Below, piece after piece: positions 9,976 to 18,405 of a stretch of 64,000 nt of DNA; within the stretch, counting starts at the first letter, position 1; the number at the start of each line of letters is the position of its first letter. A program made the translations under genes and the position numbers. Source of the stretch: Candidatus Omnitrophota bacterium (GTDB lineage Bacteria > Omnitrophota > Gorgyraeia > Zapsychrales > Zapsychraceae); the NCBI GenBank assembly GCA_029261055.1, contig JAJDCA010000044.1, positions 141,867 to 205,866 of the forward strand, given 5' to 3'. The notes below the pieces were generated by a model that saw only the letters and a program-made list of their open reading frames with translations, was not told the DNA's origin and did not search any database.

Positions 9976-10617
9976 ATGAAAAAACTAATCATGAGCTTAA
10001 TGATCGCTGTAGCTCTCGCACTGACGTTCGCACATGAAGGGCGCACAGCAACGAATTCTGAATCTTTTCCTGTTAGCGTAACCATACCGGCTTCAAGTGG
10101 TATTGATATTGTTGCAACAGAAGTTGATTCAGCAACCGATACATTTGGGCTTCAAGTATCCTCACTTAATTTTGACCCACTAACATTTTTTGCTACGGAT
10201 GATCAAGGCAACCCAATGAATATTTGGTTACCTGATCATTATTATGCAATGGATGTCGGGGTAGTCAGTAACGGGTCCGGTACTGTACAAAGCGTTGTTG
10301 TGGAGTATACGGAAGGTTCTAAACCAGCCGGCCAAACAGAAGGCTTAGGGCATAGGACAACAGCTGATTTTGTTAAAATGTCTATTGTAAACAGCCAAGA
10401 GGTACAAACACCTCTTTCAATAGGTAAAAAAGCACTTATTGATTTGTCACCACCAGGTCAGTTAGTAACCGGTGCTGAAATTGCAAATGGGTGGTTAAGA
10501 CTATTTGTTGGAGCTAATGATGGTACAAGTACTAATGTTACAGGTGGGCCTATTAGTAACGCTGATAGACCAGGGCCTTATAATGGTACGCTAAAATTTA
10601 CGGGAACTGTCTTGTAA
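9976..10617 (+). CDS. Putative major pilin subunit (chaperone-usher/CS1-like)
   Basis: Strong AAGGAG RBS; signal peptide; alternating N-terminal strand SESFPVSVTIP; C-terminal PGPYNGTLKFTG; followed by a strong stem-loop. Confidence 0.55.
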   Translation: MKKLIMSLMIAVALALTFAHEGRTATNSESFPVSVTIPASSGIDIVATEVDSATDTFGLQVSSLNFDPLTFFATDDQGNPMNIWLPDHYYAMDVGVVSNGSGTVQSVVVEYTEGSKPAGQTEGLGHRTTADFVKMSIVNSQEVQTPLSIGKKALIDLSPPGQLVTGAEIANGWLRLFVGANDGTSTNVTGGPISNADRPGPYNGTLKFTGTVL

Positions 10618-10640
10618 TCACGATAATTACAACTAAAATA

Positions 10641-10673
10641 TAAGGATAAGGGGAAGCCCTTATCCTTATTTTT
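10641..10673 (+). terminator. Intrinsic terminator or stabilising hairpin after the putative major pilin
   Basis: TAAGGATAAGGG-GAAG-CCCTTATCCTTA, a perfect 12-bp stem followed by TTTTT. Confidence 0.85.
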
Positions 10674-10752
10674 ATCCGTAATTAGGAAAACATAAATCTT
10701 TCTTATCGGCACCAAAAATCGCCCCAGGTTATCAACCTAGGCGATTTTCTTG
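10673..10752. repeat. ~80-bp two-hairpin dispersed repeat, copy 1
   Basis: Aligns along its length with 30086-30165 (TATCCGTA..TAGGAAA..TTTCYTATCGGC.CCAAAAAT.CGCC..CAGGTTATC....AGGCGATTTTCTTG). Confidence 0.75.
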
Positions 10753-10758
10753 AATATT

Positions 10759-11559
10759 ATGAAAAAATTATTATTATTTATATTATTTCTTTCTATATTT
10801 TCTACACATGCGTTCGCGCAACTCTTTCTGGAACAAGGGAAAATATCATTAGATTTACATCCTGGAAAAACAGCTACAGGGTCTCTCATAGTACATAATA
10901 CCAACCATGAAGAAAGTGTTACTGTCAAAGCCTATTGGGAAGATTTTGCCTATCAGGAACCTTTTGATGGTATGAAAAAATTCTTTTCCCCTGGAACATT
11001 ACCGTTATCATGCGGCCAATGGGTAACCTTTTCCCCTCAATCATTTAGTATTCCGCCCAGTGGAAAAAAGAAAGTCAGTTATGTAATTCATCCACCCGAA
11101 GATATTTCCGGCGGATATTATGGTGTGTTATTTTTCGAAAAAAATGCCCCGACAAATGCAGCAAAAATGGGACTAAATATCGTGACAAGATTAGGAACAT
11201 TATTTTTTCTGGAAACTGAAAACAGCATGCGGCAAGCTACTTTAAAAAATATTTCTACAATTAATGGTCAATTAACAGCAAAATTTCTTAACACCAGCAA
11301 TATTATTTTAATTCCAGACGGTATATTTTACATATTAGATGAAGAAGGACTTGTGGTCGACCGAGGAAAAATAGATAAAATTTATCTTCCACCCAATGGA
11401 GAAGCAGATTATCGTGTTAATTTTAATAAAGATATTCCTTCAGGGCAATACTCTATGATTTTGACAATTGATTTGCAAGAAAGCCACGTTCTTGTTAAAG
11501 AAATTGATTTTACAAAAACTTCTAACTCAAATATTGAAATATTAGCAATAAGAGATTAA
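10759..11559 (+). CDS. Putative periplasmic pilus chaperone (PapD/DUF916-like, two Ig domains)
   Basis: Signal peptide; WVTFSPQSFSIPPSGKKKVSYVIHPP..GGYYGVLFF; second Ig-like domain with NTSNIILIPDG and GQYSM. Confidence 0.6.
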   Translation: MKKLLLFILFLSIFSTHAFAQLFLEQGKISLDLHPGKTATGSLIVHNTNHEESVTVKAYWEDFAYQEPFDGMKKFFSPGTLPLSCGQWVTFSPQSFSIPPSGKKKVSYVIHPPEDISGGYYGVLFFEKNAPTNAAKMGLNIVTRLGTLFFLETENSMRQATLKNISTINGQLTAKFLNTSNIILIPDGIFYILDEEGLVVDRGKIDKIYLPPNGEADYRVNFNKDIPSGQYSMILTIDLQESHVLVKEIDFTKTSNSNIEILAIRD

Positions 11560-11616
11560 TACTTCGGTCACATTGAAATTTTTTATTCTTAACTTTTATG
11601 AAAACATTTATAAATT

Positions 11617-14418
11617 ATGCGTCAATTTTTTCATACATCCTGTCTAGTAATTATTGTTTTTCTTATTATTACTAATTCTTCATTTGCTGAGCCCCCACCT
11701 TCAAATTACCCTCAAATCTACACACTTTACATGCAACTAGGTAAAGAGGCTATTGATAACAAAAAATATGAAAAAGCCTTTAATCATTTTCAACATGCGC
11801 ATTTGATTGATCCATCGGCAGAAGACCCACTTTCGTATATTAATTTGCTCAAAAGAATTAAAGAAGGGCGTGTCAATGTTGTTTCAAAAACACAGCAACT
11901 AGGACCCATTTCAAAATCCAGACACTCTATTATCTCCAATACCCTTGATGCATTTGAAAAAAAAGAATACGCCACTCCAAACATCCCTCAAAAAAACACG
12001 ATTCAAATACCCCCCCCAACAAACAAATTTATTGTCCCCGAACAAGAACCTGCGATGGAAATAACACCAGAAACAATTTATTTAGATGACGCGTTATGGA
12101 GCTCTCAGCCAAAAACACTTTTGCAAATAGAAATGCAAAAAGCCGTCGTATTCGAAGGAAGCAACATCAAACGTTTTCTTATCATCACACCTAATTTCTT
12201 TGAAGTAAAAACAATTGATCGCGATAAAATCCTTATTATTGCTAATCAACGCGGGGCATCATTTTTACATGTATGGGATGATCGAGGACGATGGACATTT
12301 AACGTAGAAGTTATCTTACCATTTCACCACGAAAGCTTAAGAATCAAAGAAAAACAAATCGAAGAATACTCGAAACCGTTTACATTTTCATATGCAACCG
12401 ATTGGGCCTCGTTTAATCGCGGTAAACGTATGCTGGACTTGGAACGTCAAAGTTTAGACTTCCAACAAAGATTGTCTTTTCAGGGAGAAACCCCTTATGG
12501 TGATTTCGATACATCTGCTATTTTTGAGAAATTCTCTGAAACAACAGATGTAACACGTTACACTGTAGGATTAACTGACGGTCATATCGGAAAATTTAAA
12601 GATTTCAATATCCGTGGGTTTGATTTTTTGCCACATTTTTCAGCTCTTTCCCTACCGCGTCAAACCGTCCGAGGTATCTTTTTTAACAGTAAAGCCTTTA
12701 ATCAAAAAATTGAATTTACCTATCTTCGTGGCCGAGCCAGAAATTTATTTCCAACGCTGTCATCCGGCAGTAGCATTGATATTGATAATTTTGTAGAAGG
12801 AACACGCATAGCTTTTTTCCCTGATGAAAAAAGCACCTATGCCATAAATTTTGCACGTGGTTATGGTAATGACCGTTCTGATTTCCTTCAAAAAAGAGTT
12901 TTTTCTATTGAATCTGAATATGATTTTGATAATAAAACTAACCTCGCCACAGAAATCGCATATGATGAACACAATATCGCACAAACCATTAATTATAATT
13001 TTGGTGATGAGCATACTAAAGGGCATATTAAATTCCGTGATATTAACAAAAATTTTACAACCATTAAAAGTTTTCCTGGAGGTCGGGGAGAAGTGGGCGC
13101 CCTCTTAAATATGAATTGGGACTTAGATGCGATGGACATTGATACCAGCCTTGACCTCTACCGCGATCGACTCTTCCAAAATCCTGATAAACCAAGAGCA
13201 ATGAATGCTGAATTTAGTACAAATGTGACTATCCCTGTGTCGAAAAACGACACATTGCGGTCATCATTGTATTACATTAATACACAACAAGAACTTTCTC
13301 CTCGAAAAAGCCTACGCCTTAGCAGTAACTACATAAAAAAATTTCCATTATCAGAGCATAAATATTTAAGCACAAATTGGTTAGCTTCTTATCAAAGAAG
13401 CCGATTTGATCAGTCATCCTCATCTGACTACGACCGTTTCATTCTTTCAGGAGGGTTAAACATGCCCTTAATTGGAAACCTCAATTATCATGCCAACTAT
13501 GAATACTCTTGGGTCGATGAAAAAGTTTCGGGTGAGCAGTTAACTCCAAGTGTCTTTAGAACCGGATTTGATTATTCACGAAATATTACAGATAATTTGA
13601 TGGGAAATTTACGTTATACCTATCGTGATGAAGAAGATACCGAAGGTACAAATAGCTTTCTCTCCGGTGAAGATAGCGCCATTGGAAGCCTTGGACTCAC
13701 CTACAGATATTCCCAGGATCTTGAATTTTATTTTAATGGACGTGTCCGTAACATTTGGGCAGAAAGCGATACCCGAGAAGCCTTTGATGAAGTCGATATC
13801 CGTCTTGGCGTTAGATCAAATTGGGAGTTGCCGTTTTCTTGGAGTCCATCCGGTATTGTGGAAGGCATCGTGTTTAAAGATTTAAATGGTAATCAAAAAT
13901 GGGATGAAGATGAAGAAGGCATTGAAGGAATAGAAGTAAAAATTGGCAAGCATACAACCATAACTGATCAATATGGCCATTATGAAGATAAAGTGAGCGC
14001 CAAAAAAGTTCAGGTCGGTGTTAACCCCGACAGCATTCCGGATGGTTTTGTTTTTTCAACCCCAATTCTTGTAGATGTTAACATCACACCGCATATACGA
14101 CAAAAAGTAAACCATGGTTTAAGTATCCATTCCGGGGTCTATGGTGTTGTATTTTATGATAAAAACAATAATAATAAACCAGATCAAGATGATGAATTTA
14201 TTCCTAAAGTTAAAATTTTTCTAGATGATGCGGAGGTAACTGTCAGTGATTTTGAAGGGACATATTTTTTCAGAGATATTGCACCGGGGATGCATCAAGT
14301 CCGTATTGATGTTAATTCGATACCAATAGAATATCTGCCAAAAGTTAAATTAAAAAAGGAAGTGGAGGTAAGTGAAGGAACAACGTATGTTTTCCATGTG
14401 CCGTTAACTAAAAATTAA
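11617..14418 (+). CDS. Usher-like outer-membrane beta-barrel protein with N-terminal TPR and secretin-N-like domains and two C-terminal SdrD-B-like domains
   Basis: Signal peptide; TPR (YMQLGKEA..AFNHFQHA); GASFLHVWDDRG; long run of amphipathic beta strands; GIVFKDLNGNQKWD and GVVFYDKNNNNKPD repeats. Confidence 0.55.
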   Translation: MRQFFHTSCLVIIVFLIITNSSFAEPPPSNYPQIYTLYMQLGKEAIDNKKYEKAFNHFQHAHLIDPSAEDPLSYINLLKRIKEGRVNVVSKTQQLGPISKSRHSIISNTLDAFEKKEYATPNIPQKNTIQIPPPTNKFIVPEQEPAMEITPETIYLDDALWSSQPKTLLQIEMQKAVVFEGSNIKRFLIITPNFFEVKTIDRDKILIIANQRGASFLHVWDDRGRWTFNVEVILPFHHESLRIKEKQIEEYSKPFTFSYATDWASFNRGKRMLDLERQSLDFQQRLSFQGETPYGDFDTSAIFEKFSETTDVTRYTVGLTDGHIGKFKDFNIRGFDFLPHFSALSLPRQTVRGIFFNSKAFNQKIEFTYLRGRARNLFPTLSSGSSIDIDNFVEGTRIAFFPDEKSTYAINFARGYGNDRSDFLQKRVFSIESEYDFDNKTNLATEIAYDEHNIAQTINYNFGDEHTKGHIKFRDINKNFTTIKSFPGGRGEVGALLNMNWDLDAMDIDTSLDLYRDRLFQNPDKPRAMNAEFSTNVTIPVSKNDTLRSSLYYINTQQELSPRKSLRLSSNYIKKFPLSEHKYLSTNWLASYQRSRFDQSSSSDYDRFILSGGLNMPLIGNLNYHANYEYSWVDEKVSGEQLTPSVFRTGFDYSRNITDNLMGNLRYTYRDEEDTEGTNSFLSGEDSAIGSLGLTYRYSQDLEFYFNGRVRNIWAESDTREAFDEVDIRLGVRSNWELPFSWSPSGIVEGIVFKDLNGNQKWDEDEEGIEGIEVKIGKHTTITDQYGHYEDKVSAKKVQVGVNPDSIPDGFVFSTPILVDVNITPHIRQKVNHGLSIHSGVYGVVFYDKNNNNKPDQDDEFIPKVKIFLDDAEVTVSDFEGTYFFRDIAPGMHQVRIDVNSIPIEYLPKVKLKKEVEVSEGTTYVFHVPLTKN

Positions 14419-14438
14419 TACTGAGAAAAGTCGAAGCA

Positions 14439-14717
14439 CTACTTCACCACAATAGTCTTCAGAGTGACATTTTCATAATTACGGACGATTTCTTCAAATT
14501 TAATTTCATGCAAAGCTGTGAGCTTATCGGTCTTGTCAATAGCCGTGGTTGTTTGCGTTTCTGAATTTGCTTGAGGTGTTACATCGACATTCACGCCAAC
14601 AACAGCAGGAATAGTAAAGGATACTTTGTAACTAACAGAGTTTGTAGCGGCAAAAGAATGAGCAGCTGTAAATGTCATTAAAGCTGCTATGGTGAGAATA
14701 ATCCAAATTTTTCGCAT
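14439..14717 (-). CDS. Small secreted protein with a pilin-like N-terminal strand
   Basis: AAGGAGG RBS; signal peptide ending SFA; mature ATNSVSYKVSFTIPAVVG is 12/18 identical to the N-terminus of the 9976 protein. Confidence 0.8.
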   Translation of the reverse strand: MRKIWIILTIAALMTFTAAHSFAATNSVSYKVSFTIPAVVGVNVDVTPQANSETQTTTAIDKTDKLTALHEIKFEEIVRNYENVTLKTIVVK

Positions 14718-14723
14718 TTTTAA

Positions 14724-14757
14724 CCCCTCCTTTGAGAAGTTTTCTCAAAAAAGAGGG
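14724..14757 (-). promoter_or_regulatory. SD-sequestering hairpin (putative riboswitch expression platform)
   Basis: On the minus strand CCCUCUUUUUUGAGAA-AAC-UUCUCAAAGGAGGGG pairs over the AAGGAGG RBS of the 14717 gene. Confidence 0.65.
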
Positions 14758-14787
14758 CGAAATACTTTACGTAAATCTAAAAAGACT

Positions 14788-14940
14788 TACGGCAGCTAGA
14801 CAGCCATTTTTCTGTTATTGTCAGAAATTAGGCTCACAGCTTTGTCCAGGCTTCATAAGCAAAAAGAGCATTCTCTTTTTGCCTACTACGCCTGGCCCTG
14901 CGAAGCAGGGGCCCTACTCTTTCGAGTAGTTTACCTTTAT
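14788..14940 (-). ncRNA. c-di-GMP-I (GEMM) riboswitch with a 65-nt structured insertion
   Basis: Minus strand AAAGGUAAACUACUC-GAAA-GAGUAGGGC[insert]ACAAAGCUGUGAGCCUAA..AUGGCUGUCUAGCUGCCG: GAAA tetraloop, CCUAA/AUGG receptor and G20/A47/C92 equivalents present. Confidence 0.8.
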
Positions 14941-14962
14941 TTAAATTATCAAAAATCTTGTG

Positions 14963-15057
14963 TAAGAGTTGCGCAGAAATTAATTACCGATAATACTATT
15001 TCTTTATAAGGAGATATTTCTACGATAATCAACATTTTATAGTTGCGCAATCTCTTA
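14963..15057. repeat. Inverted-repeat-bounded ~95-bp element (MITE-like or paired operator)
   Basis: Left end TAAGAGTTGCGCA, right end TGCGCAATCTCTTA; the right end matches 671-687 exactly. Confidence 0.45.
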
Positions 15058-15134
15058 ACGCTAATTAAAGTATAACATATTAAAAACACAGGCCGCAAGG
15101 TCAGGAACATCATCAAATAAAAGGGAGATAAAGC

Positions 15135-16106
15135 ATGAAAACAGTATTATTAACAGGCGCTGCCGGATTTATAGGATCCAAAACAGCAGAATTATTATTA
15201 GCAAAAAACTACCATGTTGTTGGTGTCGATAACATGAATGATTATTACGATGTGCGCTTAAAACAACATCGATTGAAGGCATTAAAAGGTCAAAAGAATT
15301 TTACCTTTCACAAAATTGACATTGAAAATCTCACGGCACTCAAAAAGCTGTTTAAACAATATAAATTTAACGCTGTCATGAACTTAGCTGCTCGTGCTGG
15401 GGTACGATATAGCTTAGTCAATCCATTTGTCTACAATACAACAAATTCACAAGCCACACTTAATCTACTCGAATTATGTAAAGATCACAAAGTTAAAAAA
15501 TTTGTGCTGGCTTCAACATCTTCACTTTATGCCGGACAAAAAATGCCGTTTACAGAAAAACTGGCCGTCAACACACCCATATCTCCGTATGCTGCCAGCA
15601 AAAAAGCCGCTGAAGTGATGTGTTACACCTACAATTTCATTTATGATATCGATATTACAATTGTTCGCTATTTCACTGTTTTTGGACCAGCAGGACGCCC
15701 GGATATGTGTATTTTTCGTTTTATCAAATGGATTGATGAAGGACAGCCTCTGGAATTAACAGGGGACGGCACACAAAGTCGTGATTTTACATACGTTGAA
15801 GATATTGCCGCAGGCACAGTTAAGGCATTAAAAAAAGTAGGATTTGAAATAATCAATTTAGGTGGCGGTAATCGCCCTATTACATTAAACAAAACCATTC
15901 GTTTCATTGAAAAGAATCTCGGTAAAAAAACAACAATTAAATATTTACCTTTTCCAAAAACAGATATTAAATCAACCTGGGCCGATATCAGTAAAGCCAG
16001 AAAAATTCTAAAATGGGAACCCAAGATTTCTTTAGAAGAAGGTATCAAACGGAGCGTTGACTGGTATTTAGAAAATCGAGATTGGGTTAAAGATGTTCAG
16101 TTGTAA
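15135..16106 (+). CDS. NAD-dependent nucleotide-sugar epimerase (UDP-glucuronate 4-epimerase-like)
   Basis: TGAAGFIGS, LAARAGVRYS, SPYAASK, RYFTVFGPAGRPDM. Confidence 0.9.
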   Translation: MKTVLLTGAAGFIGSKTAELLLAKNYHVVGVDNMNDYYDVRLKQHRLKALKGQKNFTFHKIDIENLTALKKLFKQYKFNAVMNLAARAGVRYSLVNPFVYNTTNSQATLNLLELCKDHKVKKFVLASTSSLYAGQKMPFTEKLAVNTPISPYAASKKAAEVMCYTYNFIYDIDITIVRYFTVFGPAGRPDMCIFRFIKWIDEGQPLELTGDGTQSRDFTYVEDIAAGTVKALKKVGFEIINLGGGNRPITLNKTIRFIEKNLGKKTTIKYLPFPKTDIKSTWADISKARKILKWEPKISLEEGIKRSVDWYLENRDWVKDVQL

Positions 16107-16128
16107 TTCATGTAAAGTAAATTTAGTG

Positions 16129-16208
16129 TTAGTCATCCGTCGTCAGTCTTCAAACATCAGTAAAAACAAAATGCTGACGTCTGAGAGCTGACGACTTGAA
16201 AGCCAAAA
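16129..16208. repeat. Heptamer-palindrome repeat family, copy c
   Basis: GTCATCC GTCGTCA GTCTTCA AACATCA-loop-CTGACGT CTGAGAG CTGACGA CTTGAAAGCCAAAA. Confidence 0.7.
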
Positions 16209-16209
16209 T

Positions 16210-18342
16210 ATGTCACAACATTATCCTCAAACAATAGCTACTGAACTTTCCTTAGCGACCACACAAGTCATTTCTACCATCGGATTGCTTGATGATGGAT
16301 CGACGGTTCCTTTTATTGCCCGTTATCGTAAAGAAGCCACACAAAATTTGGATGAAGTGGCTATTACGCAAATCCGTGATCGATTGAATCAGCTTAAAGA
16401 ATTAGATAAACGGCGCATCACCGTCTTAGAGTCGATTGAAAAACAAGGGAAGCTAACGCCTGAATTAAAAAAGAAAATTGACACAGCGGAAACTTTGGCT
16501 GTTTTAGAAGATATTTATTTGCCTTACCGTCCTAAACGCCGAACAAAAGCAACCATGGCTAAAGAAAAGGGCCTCGAACCTTTAGCTAAAGCCATATTTG
16601 ATCAAACAGGGATTGATCCAGAAAAAGAGGCTGTGGTCTACATTAATAAAGAAAAGAAAGTTAATTCTGTAGATGATGCCCTGGCCGGAGCACGTGATAT
16701 CATGGCAGAGTGGATCAATGAAGAGAGCCAAACGCGCGATCAATTACGAACATTGTTTCAGAAAAATAGCATTCTGCGTTCCAATGTCCTCAAAGGAAAA
16801 GAAACCGTTGGTATTAAATTTAAAGATTACTTTCAATGGGAAGAACCTGCCATCAAAATTCCCTCCCACCGAATCCTTGCTGTCCGGCGGGGTGAAAAGG
16901 AAGGCATGCTGACTTTGCATATTCAACCACCGGAAGAAAAAGCCATTTCTATTCTCGAGGCCATTTTCTTAAAAGGCCAAGGAGAAGATTCTCATCAAGT
17001 TCACTTAGCCTTGCAAGACAGTTACAAAAGACTTTTATCTCTATCATTAGAAACAGAAATTCGTGTCGAATTAAAAAAACGGGCCGATGCTGAAGCCATT
17101 ACCGTGTTTGCCAATAATCTACGGGAACTCTTAATGGCCCCACCTTTAGGTCAGAAAAATGTTTTGGCCGTCGATCCTGGATTGCGTACAGGCTGCAAAT
17201 TAGTTTGCCTCAACCGCCAAGGCAAACTTATGATCAATGACACCATTTATCTTGTTGGCAGCGAACATCAAAAACAGGCAGCGATCCAAACGGTACAAAA
17301 TTTATGTCAGCAGTATGATATTGAAGTGATTGCCATTGGTAACGGCACAGCCGGCCGAGCGACCGAAAATTTTATCCGTAATCTGACATTATCGAATACA
17401 CCGGACATTATAATCGTTAACGAAAGCGGCGCCTCGATTTATTCAGCTAGTGAAGCGGCCCGTGAAGAATTTCCCGACCATGATGTAACAGTAAGAGGTT
17501 CGGTCTCTATTGGACGACGATTAATGGACCCATTAGCCGAATTAGTTAAGATTGATCCAAAATCCATTGGAGTCGGACAATATCAGCATGATGTTGACCA
17601 AAAATTACTGAGACAAAGCCTGGATGATGTGGTCGTCAGTTGTGTTAATCAAGTGGGGGTAGAGGTGAATACGGCCAGCAAACAACTGCTCATGTATGTT
17701 TCCGGTCTCGGGGAAAAGCGAGCCCAAACTCTGGTAGATCACCGCCAAAAACATGGTGCCTTTCAATCCAGGGAACAGCTTAAAACCGTGCCAGGGCTTG
17801 GGGCCAAGGCCTTTGAACAAGCCGCTGGATTTTTACGTATTCTTGAGGGTAATAATCCTTTAGATGCCAGCGCGGTTCATCCAGACTCATATGCTATCAT
17901 TCAAACTATGACACAAGACTTAAGCTGCACTGTCCAGAATTTAATGCAAGATACACAATTACAAAATAAAATAAACCTTAATAAATATGTCACTGAAATC
18001 ATTGGATTGCCAACCTTAACCGACATTAAAAACGAGTTGGCTAAACCAGGTCGTGATCCACGCCCAGCCTTTCAAATTTTCAAATTTAAAGAGGGTATAG
18101 AGAAAATGGCAGACTTGGCCCCCGGAATGAAATTGCCCGGTGTCGTAACCAATGTCACGGCCTTTGGGGCCTTTATAGACATCGGAGTCCACCAAGACGG
18201 CCTCGCCCACATCAGTCAACTTTCCGACCGATACATCAAAGACCCGCATGAAATCGTCAAAGTCCACCAACAAGTCACCGTCACCGTCCTCGAAATAGAC
18301 ACCCCCCGCAAACGCATTGCGTTGAGTATGAAGAAAAATTAA
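16210..18342 (+). CDS. tex: Tex transcription accessory protein (S1 domain)
   Basis: STVPFIARYRKEAT, LEDIYLPYRPKRRTKA, DPGLRTGCK, SIGVGQYQHD and C-terminal S1 FGAFIDIGVHQDGL. Confidence 0.96.
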   Translation: MSQHYPQTIATELSLATTQVISTIGLLDDGSTVPFIARYRKEATQNLDEVAITQIRDRLNQLKELDKRRITVLESIEKQGKLTPELKKKIDTAETLAVLEDIYLPYRPKRRTKATMAKEKGLEPLAKAIFDQTGIDPEKEAVVYINKEKKVNSVDDALAGARDIMAEWINEESQTRDQLRTLFQKNSILRSNVLKGKETVGIKFKDYFQWEEPAIKIPSHRILAVRRGEKEGMLTLHIQPPEEKAISILEAIFLKGQGEDSHQVHLALQDSYKRLLSLSLETEIRVELKKRADAEAITVFANNLRELLMAPPLGQKNVLAVDPGLRTGCKLVCLNRQGKLMINDTIYLVGSEHQKQAAIQTVQNLCQQYDIEVIAIGNGTAGRATENFIRNLTLSNTPDIIIVNESGASIYSASEAAREEFPDHDVTVRGSVSIGRRLMDPLAELVKIDPKSIGVGQYQHDVDQKLLRQSLDDVVVSCVNQVGVEVNTASKQLLMYVSGLGEKRAQTLVDHRQKHGAFQSREQLKTVPGLGAKAFEQAAGFLRILEGNNPLDASAVHPDSYAIIQTMTQDLSCTVQNLMQDTQLQNKINLNKYVTEIIGLPTLTDIKNELAKPGRDPRPAFQIFKFKEGIEKMADLAPGMKLPGVVTNVTAFGAFIDIGVHQDGLAHISQLSDRYIKDPHEIVKVHQQVTVTVLEIDTPRKRIALSMKKN

Positions 18343-18405
18343 ACCGTCTTAGAATTGACAGCGACGTTAAATTGCCTTATATATAGTATAAAGATGTTTA
18401 CTATT

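Noticed and set aside
14732-15009. ORF-track 65-aa and 63-aa + strand ORFs
   Set aside because: They overlap the minus-strand riboswitch and promoter region and show no RBS or protein-like features.
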